From: an uncultured Myxococcales bacterium
Lineage (GTDB): Bacteria > Desulfobacterota > Binatia > UBA1149 > CAITLU01
Reading direction: 5' to 3'
Length of the DNA: 64,000 nt
Assembly: GCA_964476185.1 (NCBI GenBank)
Contig: CAYYZO010000002.1
Span: forward strand, 25,116 to 89,115
The position numbers and the translations under genes are program-made. Below the pieces are notes generated by a model. It saw only the letters and a program-made list of their open reading frames with translations. It had not been told where the DNA came from and made no database searches. Positions 48,120 to 57,320 of this stretch are shown here, one piece after another. Position 1 is the first letter of the stretch; every line of letters starts with the position of its first letter.

Positions 48120-49498
48120 TGCCGGCCGCGGACGGGGGAAGGGCGGCCGCCTCGGGGACGCCGGAGAGCAGCGCCGCCGCCGCGGCGCTGCTCGGCGCCG
48201 TGTACGCGGCGGCCGGAGCGGCGGCCGGAGCCTGGACGAGGCTGCGCGCGGCGAGGGCTCGCGGCACGACCGGCGCCGTCCTGTTCGAAGAGCGCCTCGG
48301 AAACTGGAGCGGCCACCGCGAGGCGGACGCGGCCTGGGTCTGGATCCACGGGGCGTCGGTCGGCGAAGCCGAGATCGCGGTCGCGCTGGCGCGCGCCGTG
48401 GCCGACCGGGTCGCCCCCGGCCTGCGTCTGGTCGTGTCCGCGACCACCGAAGCGGGAAGGGCTCGCGCCTCCCGCGAGGACTGGCTGGAAGCCCGTTATT
48501 TTCCGATCGATTACGCGACATTCTTGAAAAGGGTCCTGAAGCCGCGGCCACCGCTCCTGTTCGTCGCCGTCGAGACCGAGATCTGGCCGGCCGCCCTGGC
48601 CGAACTCGCGCGGCTCGGGGTGCCGACCGCGGTCGTCAACGCGCGGCTCTCCGAGCGTTCGCTGCCGTGGTATCGGCGTTTCGGCGCGCTGGTCGGGCCG
48701 CGCGTCGCCGCGCTCGACCGCGTGCTGGCGCGCGACGAGGAGGCGGCGCAGCGCTGGCGATCGATCGGCGCGGCCGCCGCAGCGGTGGAGGTCACCGGCA
48801 ACATCAAGTTCGACCTCGCCCTTCCTGGGCAAGCTGTCGGGACGGCGCCGCTTTTCGAGGCCAACCCGAGGCCGCTCGTGCTCGCGGCGTCGACCCACGA
48901 CGGCGAGGAGGAAGGGGTCCTCGACGCGTTCGTGGAACTGCGCCGCCGCCATCCCGACGCGCGGCTGCTGCTGGCGCCGCGGCACCCGCGCCGCGCCTCG
49001 GCACTGCTCGGCCTGGCGCGCTCGCGCTGGCTCGCGGCGGTCGGCTGGAGCGACATCGTCGGCATCGCCGGCGCGTCGCGGATTCCCGACGCCCCGATCG
49101 CGTGGCCGTCGCGGGTCGACGTGGTGGTGCTCGACCGGCTCGGCCTGCTGCGCGCCGCCTACGCGGCGAGCCGGGCCTGCTTCGTCGGCGGCAGCTGGGT
49201 CGAGGGCCCCGGCGGCCACAACCTGCTCGAGTCGGTGGTCGCCGCGTGTCCCGCCAGCGCCGGGCCCCGTCTCGGGAACGTCGGCGACCAGGTCGCCGTG
49301 CTCGACGAGCGCGGCGCGCTGCGCATCGTCGAGAACGCCACCGATCTGTCGAAGTTCTGGATGGAAGCGATCGATTCGCCGACTGTTTTGCGCGAGCGCT
49401 GCGACGCGGCCGGGCGCCTGCTCGAGCTCCGGCGCGGTGCGCTCGCCCGCAGCGCGGACGCGCTGGTCGTGCTGCTCCCGGCGGAGTGGCGCTCGTGA
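48119..49498 (+). CDS. waaA: 3-deoxy-D-manno-octulosonic acid (Kdo) transferase WaaA/KdtA
   Basis: GT30 N-domain (VWIHGASVGE) and a GT-B C-domain. The ATG overlaps the preceding TGA by 1 nt. Confidence 0.9.
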   Translation: MPAADGGRAAASGTPESSAAAAALLGAVYAAAGAAAGAWTRLRAARARGTTGAVLFEERLGNWSGHREADAAWVWIHGASVGEAEIAVALARAVADRVAPGLRLVVSATTEAGRARASREDWLEARYFPIDYATFLKRVLKPRPPLLFVAVETEIWPAALAELARLGVPTAVVNARLSERSLPWYRRFGALVGPRVAALDRVLARDEEAAQRWRSIGAAAAAVEVTGNIKFDLALPGQAVGTAPLFEANPRPLVLAASTHDGEEEGVLDAFVELRRRHPDARLLLAPRHPRRASALLGLARSRWLAAVGWSDIVGIAGASRIPDAPIAWPSRVDVVVLDRLGLLRAAYAASRACFVGGSWVEGPGGHNLLESVVAACPASAGPRLGNVGDQVAVLDERGALRIVENATDLSKFWMEAIDSPTVLRERCDAAGRLLELRRGALARSADALVVLLPAEWRS

Positions 49499-50622
49499 AC
49501 CGCAGGTCGGGCGAAGCGGCCGACGGACTCGAGTCGCTGTGGTACGGCGTGGCGGCCTGGTCGCGCGTCGCCCGGGCCGCGCTCGCTCCGCTTGCGGCTG
49601 CGTTCGGCGCGGCGTCGGCGCTGCGCGGCGCGCTCTACGATCGCGGGGTCGCCGCCGTGCGCCGGGCGCCGCGCCCGGTCGTCAGCGTCGGCAGCCTTCG
49701 GGTAGGCGGGGCCGGGAAGACCCCGTTCGTGCTCTGGCTCGTGGCGCGGCTGCAGCAGGAGGGCTACCGCCCGTGCATCGTCCTTCGCGGCTACGGAGGC
49801 GAGGCCGGCGCGTCGCCGATCCTGCTCGACGCCGAGTCGGCGACCGATCCGCGGGCAGTGGAAAGGGCCGGGGACGAGGCCGTGCTGCTCGCGCTCCGCA
49901 GCGGGGTTCCGGTCGTGGCCGGCGCCGACCGGCAGGCGGCGTGCGTGTTCGCGATCGCGCGGCTCGCCGGCACCGCGCGCGACCCGGACCTGTTCGTGCT
50001 CGACGACGGCTTCCAGCATCGCGCGCTGGCCCGCGACGTCGACATCGTGCTGGTGGCCGGCTCCGAGGCCTCCGAGCGGCTGCTGCCCGCCGGTCCGCTG
50101 CGCGAGGCGGCCGGCGCGCTCGCCCGCGCGGACGCCGTCGTGCTGGTCGCGGGAGAACCCGATCCGGCGTTCCTCGGCGCGAGGCCGCACGGCGCGCTCG
50201 CAGTGTGCGCGCGGACCCGCGCCCGGGCGCTCGTGCGCTCGGTCGGCGAAGCGGACGGGCAGCGGGAGGACGCCGGGCGGGACGTTCGCACGCTCGCGGG
50301 CCGCCGCGTCGTCGCGGTCGCGGCGATCGCGCGGCCGGGGCGGTTCCTGCGGGAACTCGAACGCCTCGGCGCGGTCGTCGTCGCCCGCGTGCTGCGCCGC
50401 GACCATCACCGCTACGACGCGGCGGACGTCGCGGAGATCGAGGCGGCCGCTGCCGCCGCGGACTTCGTCGTCACGACCGAGAAGGACCTCGTCAAGCTGC
50501 AGGCGATGCGACTCGGCGCGGCTCCCCTCGCGCTGCGCATCGAGCTGGAGGTCGACGACGGCGACGCGATCGTCGACCTCGTGCGCGCGCGTGCGCTGTC
50601 TCCCGCACGGTTTGACCGCTGA
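49495..50622 (+). CDS. lpxK: Tetraacyldisaccharide 4'-kinase LpxK
   Basis: P-loop VVSVGSLRVGGAGKTP and the LpxK fold. GTG start overlaps the waaA TGA. Confidence 0.9.
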   Translation: MNRRSGEAADGLESLWYGVAAWSRVARAALAPLAAAFGAASALRGALYDRGVAAVRRAPRPVVSVGSLRVGGAGKTPFVLWLVARLQQEGYRPCIVLRGYGGEAGASPILLDAESATDPRAVERAGDEAVLLALRSGVPVVAGADRQAACVFAIARLAGTARDPDLFVLDDGFQHRALARDVDIVLVAGSEASERLLPAGPLREAAGALARADAVVLVAGEPDPAFLGARPHGALAVCARTRARALVRSVGEADGQREDAGRDVRTLAGRRVVAVAAIARPGRFLRELERLGAVVVARVLRRDHHRYDAADVAEIEAAAAAADFVVTTEKDLVKLQAMRLGAAPLALRIELEVDDGDAIVDLVRARALSPARFDR

Positions 50623-50784
50623 CGGCTTCGCACGCATGATCCGGCGCCTCGCACCGAACGGCGCCGGGATCCCCGCATTCCCGCCGGACCGACGTGCGGT
50701 TGCCGGACCGAATCTCCCGAGGTTGTTGATGTCGTCTCGCCTGAAGTTTCGCGCCCCCGCGGCGCTGCCGACGAGGCCGGCGCC

Positions 50785-51726
50785 GTGAGGGCCCTGGTCA
50801 CCGGCGTCGCCGGTTTCATCGGTTCGACGCTGGCCGAGCGTCTCGTCGCCGACGGTCACGAAGTGGTCGGCATCGACTGCTTCCTCGACTACTACCCCCG
50901 CGCCGTCAAGGAGGGGAATCTCGCGGCCCTCGCCGCGGGGCCGCGCTTCCGCTTCGTCGAGGCCAGCCTCGTCGACGCCGACCTCGGCGGCCTGCTGGAG
51001 GGCGTGGACTGGGTGTTCCACCAGGCCGCCCAGGCCGGGGTGCGCTCGAGCTGGGGCGCGGACTTCCGGATCTACAGCGACAACAACGTCTACGCGACGC
51101 AGCGCCTGCTCGAGGCCTGTCGTTCGACCTCGCTCTCGAAGTTCGTCTACGCGTCCTCGTCGTCGGTCTACGGCGACACGACCGACCTGCCGATGCGCGA
51201 GACGAGCATGCCGCGGCCGGTCTCGCCCTACGGGGTCAGCAAGCTCGCCGCCGAGCACCTCGTCTGGCTCTACTTCAAGAACTTCGGCCTGCCGACGGTC
51301 TCGCTGCGCTATTTCACGGTCTACGGACCCCGCCAGCGGCCGGACATGGCCTTCCACCGTTTCATCAACTCGGTGATCGACGACCGCCCGATCGTGCTCT
51401 ACGGTGACGGCGAGCAATCGCGCGACTTCACGTTCGTCGGCGACATCGTCGCCGCCAACGTCGCCGCGGCCGCGAGCGACGCCGTCGGCGCGGTCTACAA
51501 CCTCGGCGGCGGCAGCCGCACGACGGTCAACGAGGTGATCGCGACGATCGGACGTCTCGTCGGCCGCGAGCCGCGCGTCGACCGCCGCGACGTCCAGAAG
51601 GGCGACGTCAAGCACACCGCGGCCGACACGAGCGCGGCGCGGCGCGAGATCGCTTTCGCGCCGAAGGTGCCGCTCGTCGAGGGGCTCGAGCGCCAGGTGG
51701 CCTGGCAGCGCTCGCTGCGCGGCTGA
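50785..51726 (+). CDS. NAD-dependent epimerase/dehydratase (SDR family; UDP-sugar 4-epimerase-like)
   Basis: GxxGxxG (VTGVAGFIGS) and catalytic YxxxK (YGVSK). Confidence 0.85.
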   Translation: MRALVTGVAGFIGSTLAERLVADGHEVVGIDCFLDYYPRAVKEGNLAALAAGPRFRFVEASLVDADLGGLLEGVDWVFHQAAQAGVRSSWGADFRIYSDNNVYATQRLLEACRSTSLSKFVYASSSSVYGDTTDLPMRETSMPRPVSPYGVSKLAAEHLVWLYFKNFGLPTVSLRYFTVYGPRQRPDMAFHRFINSVIDDRPIVLYGDGEQSRDFTFVGDIVAANVAAAASDAVGAVYNLGGGSRTTVNEVIATIGRLVGREPRVDRRDVQKGDVKHTAADTSAARREIAFAPKVPLVEGLERQVAWQRSLRG

Positions 51727-51766
51727 GCGCGGCGAACCGGACGAACCGCCGCAACGGAGGAACGCG

Positions 51767-51976
51767 ATGCCCGTGCACAAGAAACTTCTCGAAGTGCTCG
51801 TCTGCCCCGCCTGCAAGGGGCCGCTCGCGCCGGTGCGTTCGCAGGCCGAGGCCGGCCAGGCGCCGTCGTCCGACGCGGCCCTCGTCGGACTCGACTGCCG
51901 CGCGTGCCGGCTGCGCTACCCGGTCGTCGACGACATCCCCGTGATGCTGGTCGACCAGGCCCAGCGCATCTCGTGA
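51767..51976 (+). CDS. Trm112-family small protein (DUF343/YcaR-like)
   Basis: 69 aa with a CPxC...C..C zinc-ribbon-like motif (LVCPACKGPL...CRACRLRYPVVDDIPVML). RBS AGGAACG upstream. Confidence 0.8.
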   Translation: MPVHKKLLEVLVCPACKGPLAPVRSQAEAGQAPSSDAALVGLDCRACRLRYPVVDDIPVMLVDQAQRIS

Positions 51977-52047
51977 TCCAGCGAACCGCGCCGTCGTCGC
52001 CGCCCGCCCCGGCGGCAGCGACGGCCTGACCCGCGCCGGGCCGCAAC

Positions 52048-52773
52048 GTGGCGAGCGCTCTCCCCGAAGGTTACGTCGACTGCGATCGCGGGCGCTGGCG
52101 CGTCGTCGCCGCGCGCCTCGAGCTGGCCGAGATGTCGGCCCTGCTCGAGTCCGTGCGCGACGGCGCCGAGCCCGGCGAGGCGGTCGGCTCGGGCCGCGGC
52201 GGGGCGCGCCGGGTCGTGCTGCGCGGCGGGAAGATCGTATTCGTGCGGCCGTACCGCCGCGGCGGGCTCGTGCGCTGGTTCGTCCGCGACCGCTTCCTGC
52301 TGCGGCCGCCGCGTCCGTTGCGCGAGCTCGAGGCCACGGAGGCCGCGCGCGCGGCCGGCTGCAACGTGCCGATCGTGCACGCGGTCGCGGTCGAGGAGAG
52401 CGGCCCGTTCTACCGGGGCTGGATCGTCACCTCGGCCATCGAGGGCGCGCGCGCGTTCGTCGACGTGCTCGCCGCTGCCGCGGGGCCGGAGCGAGCCGAG
52501 CTGCTCCGGCAGGCGGCGCGCGCGATCGCGGGCCTCGCCGCGGCGGGTGTCAGCCACCCGGACCTGAACGGGCACAACCTGCTCGTCGACGCGGGCGGCC
52601 GCATCGCGATCATCGACTTCGATCGCGCGACCGTGGCCGAGCCCGGATCGTCGCGGCTGGCCGAGCGCGGCTTCGATCGGCTCTGGCGATCGCTGCAGAA
52701 GCTTCGACGGGAGCGCGGGTTCGCGCTCGAGGACGACGAGCGGCGCTGGCTCGAAGTCGGGCGGGCGGGATAG
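52048..52773 (+). CDS. kdkA: 3-deoxy-D-manno-octulosonic acid kinase KdkA-like (lipopolysaccharide kinase family)
   Basis: Lipopolysaccharide kinase fold with catalytic loop HPDLNGHNLLVD and a metal-binding IIDFDRA motif. Confidence 0.65.
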   Translation: MASALPEGYVDCDRGRWRVVAARLELAEMSALLESVRDGAEPGEAVGSGRGGARRVVLRGGKIVFVRPYRRGGLVRWFVRDRFLLRPPRPLRELEATEAARAAGCNVPIVHAVAVEESGPFYRGWIVTSAIEGARAFVDVLAAAAGPERAELLRQAARAIAGLAAAGVSHPDLNGHNLLVDAGGRIAIIDFDRATVAEPGSSRLAERGFDRLWRSLQKLRRERGFALEDDERRWLEVGRAG

Positions 52774-52893
52774 GATGCGCGCTCGCTCGCGCGACGGGTG
52801 TCGCGGACGGCCGGTCCGCGGCGACGCGCGCGGGCCGCGCAGCGCGCGGGACGACGACGGCAGCGACCGGGACAGGGCGAAGAACGGCGTTCG

Positions 52894-53766
52894 ATGAGAA
52901 GCATGACGGGATACGGCGCGGCGACGGGGCACGCGGGCAACTGCCGGCTCAGCGTCGAGGTGCGCTCGGTGAACCAGCGTTTCCTCGATCTGAAGCTGAA
53001 CCTGCCGCGCGAGTACGGCCCCCACGAACCCGACCTGCGGCGCGTGATCTCGGCCGCGATCGAGCGGGGGCGGGTCGAGGTCCACGTCTCGCGCACGCTT
53101 CCTCCGCGCAGCGCCGGCATCGCGCTGCAGAAGGACGTCGCGGCGGCCTACATCCGCGGCTGGAAGCAGCTGCAGAAGGAATTCGGGCTCGAGGGGCCGC
53201 TCGACCTCTCGCTGCTGGCCTCGCGCGGCGACATCTTCGTAGCGGCCGAGCCCGCGGCCGACGTGGCGGTCGAGGTGGCCGAAGTCGGCAAGCTGCTCGC
53301 CAAGGCCCTGGCCGCGCACCGCAAGGAGCGCGAGCGCGAAGGCGCCCACCTGCGCCGCGACATGCAGGAGCGCGTCAAGCGCCTGCGGGCGACGTTGAAA
53401 TCGCTCGAGAAGGCCGCCGCGTCCGTCGCGCCGCGCCTCAAGGCCAAGCTCGAGAAACGGCTCGCCGACCTGCTCGGCGGCGCGACCATCGATCCCGCGC
53501 GGCTCGTGCAGGAAGCGGCGCTGCTCGCCGACCGCTCGGACGTGCACGAGGAACTCGTGCGCCTCGGCAGCCACCTGGCCGCGCTCGACGAGCTCCTCCG
53601 ATCCGGCGACTCGATCGCCAAGCGCGTCGACTTCGTGCTGCAGGAGGTCAACCGCGAGCTGAACACGATCGGGTCGAAGGCTTCCGACCTCGAGGTGACC
53701 AACCTCGTCGTCAGCGGCAAGGCCGACGTCGAACGTCTCCGGGAACAGATCCAGAATGTCGAGTGA
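52894..53766 (+). CDS. yicC: YicC-family stress-induced protein (endoribonuclease YicC)
   Basis: YicC N-domain (MRSMTGYG) and C-terminal DUF1732 (QEVNRELNTIGSKA). Confidence 0.85.
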   Translation: MRSMTGYGAATGHAGNCRLSVEVRSVNQRFLDLKLNLPREYGPHEPDLRRVISAAIERGRVEVHVSRTLPPRSAGIALQKDVAAAYIRGWKQLQKEFGLEGPLDLSLLASRGDIFVAAEPAADVAVEVAEVGKLLAKALAAHRKEREREGAHLRRDMQERVKRLRATLKSLEKAAASVAPRLKAKLEKRLADLLGGATIDPARLVQEAALLADRSDVHEELVRLGSHLAALDELLRSGDSIAKRVDFVLQEVNRELNTIGSKASDLEVTNLVVSGKADVERLREQIQNVE

Positions 53767-53838
53767 CCCGTGGCGAGTCCTGGACCGGCCGTGGCCGGGC
53801 ATCGAGCCGACTCCGCGGAAACGATTTCGAGCCCCCCG

Positions 53839-54489
53839 ATGACCGCCCCCGGCCACCTGTTCATCGTTTCCGGCCCCTCCGGCGCCGGAAAGACCACGCT
53901 CTCGGACGCGGCGCGACGCTCGTTCCCCGACCTGCAGATGTCCGTTTCGTGCACGACCCGCACGCCGCGCGGCGGCGAGACGGACGGCGTCGAGTACCAC
54001 TTCGTCAGCCGCGAGCGCTTCGACGAGATGGTCCGGCGCGGCGAACTGGCCGAGTGGGCCGAGGTGCACGGGCAGTGCTACGGCACGCCGCGCGCGCCGC
54101 TCGACGGCGCGCTGGCCGACGGACGGGACATCCTGCTCGACATCGACGTGCAGGGGGCGGCCCAGCTGAGGACCGCGTATCCCGGCGCGGTCGCCGTGTT
54201 TCTCCTGCCGCCCGATCGCGGCACACTGGAGGCGCGGCTGCGCGGTCGCGGCACCGACAGCGAAGCGACCGTCCAGCGCCGCCTCGACAACGCCTGCCGC
54301 GAGATCCAGCGGGCCGTCGAGTACGACCACGTGATCGTGAACCGCGACCGGGAAGAAGCGATCGCCGAGTTCGAGGGCATCCTGCGCGACACGCGCGCCC
54401 TCGGGCGTTCGGGCGCGCGCCGCCGGCTCGACGGCAAGAGTCCCGGGGAACTCGCTGCGTTCCTCGGCTCGTTCGCGGTCGCGACTTGA
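53839..54489 (+). CDS. gmk: Guanylate kinase
   Basis: P-loop SGPSGAGKTT and the GK signature. Start at ATG 53839 (MTAPGHLFIVSG). Confidence 0.9.
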   Translation: MTAPGHLFIVSGPSGAGKTTLSDAARRSFPDLQMSVSCTTRTPRGGETDGVEYHFVSRERFDEMVRRGELAEWAEVHGQCYGTPRAPLDGALADGRDILLDIDVQGAAQLRTAYPGAVAVFLLPPDRGTLEARLRGRGTDSEATVQRRLDNACREIQRAVEYDHVIVNRDREEAIAEFEGILRDTRALGRSGARRRLDGKSPGELAAFLGSFAVAT

Positions 54490-54523
54490 AGCGGCGAAAG
54501 GCGGCCGGATCCCGGGAACGAAC

Positions 54524-56662
54524 GTGAACGTCCAGGACCTCATCACCCGGATCAAGGAGTACGATCCCGGCGCCGACACCGCGCTGGTCGGCGAGGCCTA
54601 CCGGTTCGCGGCGAGCATGCACGAGGGGCAGCGCCGCGCGTCGGGGGAGGCCTACGTGACCCATCCGCTGGCGGTCGCGTCGATCATCGCCGAGATGCGC
54701 CTCGACGTGCCGACGGTCGTGACGGGCCTCCTGCACGACGCGGTCGAGGACACCTCCGCGACCCTCGAGGACATCCGCGGGGGGTTCGGCGCCGAGGTCG
54801 CTTCCCTCGTCGACGGCGTCACGAAGATCACCCGGCTCGAGTCGCAGCCGTACGAGACGACGCAGGCCGAGAACCTTCGCAAGATGCTCGTCGCGAGCGC
54901 CAGGGACGTGCGCGTGCTGCTCGTCAAGCTCGCCGACCGCACCCACAACATCCGCACGCTGCAGCACCTCGCCGAGGCCAAGCGCGCGCGCATCGCTTCC
55001 GAGACGCTCGACCTCTACGCGCCGCTCGCGAACCGGCTCGGCATCAACTGGATCAAGCAGGAGCTCGAGGACCAGTCCTTCCGCATCCTGCACCCCGACC
55101 GCTACGAGGAGATCCGCGAGCGCCTGTCGCTGCAGAAGCTCGAGCGGGAAGGCTACGTGAAGGAGGCGAGCGGGCTGATCGCCAAGCGGCTCGAGGCCGC
55201 CGGCATCGAGGCGGCGGTCACCGGCCGCACCAAGGGCGCCTACTCGATCTGGAAGAAGATGAGCGACCAGGGCCTGCGCATCGACGACGTCTACGACGTG
55301 GTCGGGTTCCGCGCCCTCGTCGGGAACGACCGCGAGTGCTACGAGGCGCTCGGCGTGATGCACATGTACTGGAGCCCGGTGCCGGGGCGGTTCCGCGACT
55401 ACGTCGCGCTGCCGAAGGCCAACGGCTACCAGTCGCTGCACACGACGCTGATCGGGGTCTACGGCGAGCGGCTGGAACTGCAGGTCCGCACGCACGACAT
55501 GCACAGCGTGGCGGAGTACGGCGTCGCGGCGCACTGGCGCTACAAGAGCGCCAACGACACGGAGCAGACCGAGTCGGAGCGCTACGCCTGGCTCAAGCAG
55601 ATCCTCGAGTGGCAGCAGCACTTCGACGACCCGCGCGAGTTCCTGTCGTCGATCAAGGACGACCTGTTCGGCGAGGACGTCTACGTCTTCACCCCGAAGG
55701 GCGAGAGCCTGACGTTCCGCAAGGGCGACACCGCGCTCGACTTCGCCTACCGCATCCACTCCGAGGTCGGCAACCACGCCGCCGGCGCGCGCGTGAACGG
55801 CAAGGTCGTCCCGCTTCGCTACGTGATGCAGCAGGGCGACACCGTCGAGGTCGTCACGACCGAGAACGGCATGCCGTCGCGCGACTGGCTGAAGTTCGTG
55901 CGCTCGCCGCGGGCCCGCGAGCGCATCGTCTCGTTCATCCGCGCCGAGGAGCGCAAGAAGGCCGTCGCGCTCGGGCGCGAGCTGCTCGAGCGCGACCTCG
56001 GCCTCTACGACCTCGACATCGCGACGCTGCAGTCGGACGACCGCTTCGAGCGCGTGTTGACGCAGTTCGCCCGCAAGGACGAGGAGGCGCTGCTCGAGGC
56101 CGTCGGCTACGGCCGCGTCACGGGCAAGCAGGTGCTGTCGTTCCTGCTGCCCGACGAGACGATCGAGCTCGAGCGGCCGCGCCGCAGCCTGCGCACGCTG
56201 TTCGGGCTGCTCGGGCGCACGCCTCGCCCGCTCGTCATGGCGCAGAACCTCGACCCGGCGATGGTGCGCTTCGCGAAGTGCTGCGAGCCGCTGGCCGGCG
56301 AGGACATCGTCGGCTTCCTGACGCGCGGCCGGGGAGTGACCGTGCATTCGAAGGCGTGCCCGCGCCTGGCCGACGCCGAGCGCGAGCGCCTGGTCTCGGT
56401 GAGCTGGCAGAAGGGCGCGTCCGCGCTGCGCCCGGTGCGCCTCGAGGTCGTCTCGCGCGACCGGCCGCGCCTGCTCGCCGACATGACGCAGGCGATCGCC
56501 GCGGCCAGCGTCAACATCGAGCGCGCGCACGTTCGCACGATCGGCACGAAGGCGATGAACACGTTCGAGGTCACGCTCTCGAGCGTCGAGGACCTCGGCC
56601 GCGTGATGCGCAACCTGCGCCGGCTGGCCGGCGTGAAGGAAGTCCGGCGCGTGATCGGCTAG
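54524..56662 (+). CDS. spoT: Bifunctional (p)ppGpp synthetase/hydrolase SpoT/RelA (HD, synthetase, TGS, ACT)
   Basis: HD motif (HPLAVASIIAEMRLD...LHDAVEDT), synthetase domain, TGS domain and a C-terminal ACT domain. GTG start. Confidence 0.95.
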   Translation: MNVQDLITRIKEYDPGADTALVGEAYRFAASMHEGQRRASGEAYVTHPLAVASIIAEMRLDVPTVVTGLLHDAVEDTSATLEDIRGGFGAEVASLVDGVTKITRLESQPYETTQAENLRKMLVASARDVRVLLVKLADRTHNIRTLQHLAEAKRARIASETLDLYAPLANRLGINWIKQELEDQSFRILHPDRYEEIRERLSLQKLEREGYVKEASGLIAKRLEAAGIEAAVTGRTKGAYSIWKKMSDQGLRIDDVYDVVGFRALVGNDRECYEALGVMHMYWSPVPGRFRDYVALPKANGYQSLHTTLIGVYGERLELQVRTHDMHSVAEYGVAAHWRYKSANDTEQTESERYAWLKQILEWQQHFDDPREFLSSIKDDLFGEDVYVFTPKGESLTFRKGDTALDFAYRIHSEVGNHAAGARVNGKVVPLRYVMQQGDTVEVVTTENGMPSRDWLKFVRSPRARERIVSFIRAEERKKAVALGRELLERDLGLYDLDIATLQSDDRFERVLTQFARKDEEALLEAVGYGRVTGKQVLSFLLPDETIELERPRRSLRTLFGLLGRTPRPLVMAQNLDPAMVRFAKCCEPLAGEDIVGFLTRGRGVTVHSKACPRLADAERERLVSVSWQKGASALRPVRLEVVSRDRPRLLADMTQAIAAASVNIERAHVRTIGTKAMNTFEVTLSSVEDLGRVMRNLRRLAGVKEVRRVIG

Positions 56663-56811
56663 GGCGGGTCTGCGCGGGAACGGGGAACCCGCGAGTCCCG
56701 ACGGCCGCTTGCCGTGCGGACGCGGATTTCAGGAGCACGGGGTCTCGCCGCTCCCGGAGTCGCCCGGGCAGCGTGGTGTTCTCGAACGAAGCGACGATGG
56801 AGCAGGGGATC

Positions 56812-57195
56812 ATGGCAAAGCAGGTCGTATCGACGGATCGGGCGCCGGGCGCCATCGGACCGTACTCCCAGGCGATCCTCGCAGGCGGGACGCTCTGGTG
56901 CAGCGGGCAGATCGGGCTCGATCCGGCCACCGGCCGGCTCGCGCCGGACGGCTTCGAGGCCGAAGCGCGGCAGGTGCTGCGCAACCTCGAGGCGGTGGTG
57001 GCGGCGGCGGGGATGACGATGGGCGACGTCGTCCGCCTGACGGTCTACCTCGTGGACCTCGGCGATTTCCCGAAGCTGAACGAGATCTTCGCCGAGACGC
57101 TCCCGCCGCCGTATCCGGCGCGCGCGACCGTGCAGGTGGCGGCGCTCCCGCGAAGCGCCCGGGTCGAGATCGACCTCGTCGCGACGAAGTCGTAG
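56812..57195 (+). CDS. ridA: RidA/YjgF-family reactive intermediate deaminase
   Basis: 127 aa. APGAIGPYSQA...RATVQVAALPRSARVEIDLVA. Confidence 0.9.
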   Translation: MAKQVVSTDRAPGAIGPYSQAILAGGTLWCSGQIGLDPATGRLAPDGFEAEARQVLRNLEAVVAAAGMTMGDVVRLTVYLVDLGDFPKLNEIFAETLPPPYPARATVQVAALPRSARVEIDLVATKS

Positions 57196-57223
57196 AGCTT
57201 GCCGCGAGGCCGGGCGCACGGCG

Positions 57224-57245
57224 TTGTGGCGGCGCGCGTTGCGCC
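57224..57245. terminator. GC hairpin (GTGGCG-N10-CGCCAC) between convergent ridA and the MerR-like gene
   Basis: Inverted repeat seen directly in the sequence. Lies within a short-repeat (CGTCGGCGTGCG x2) low-complexity convergent intergenic region. No U-tract. Confidence 0.35.
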
Positions 57246-57320
57246 ACTGCGTTGCCCGGCGTGCGATGCGTCGGCGTGCGCGTCGGCGTGCGTTGCGCCG
57301 CAGCGTCGCCCGGCGTGCGT

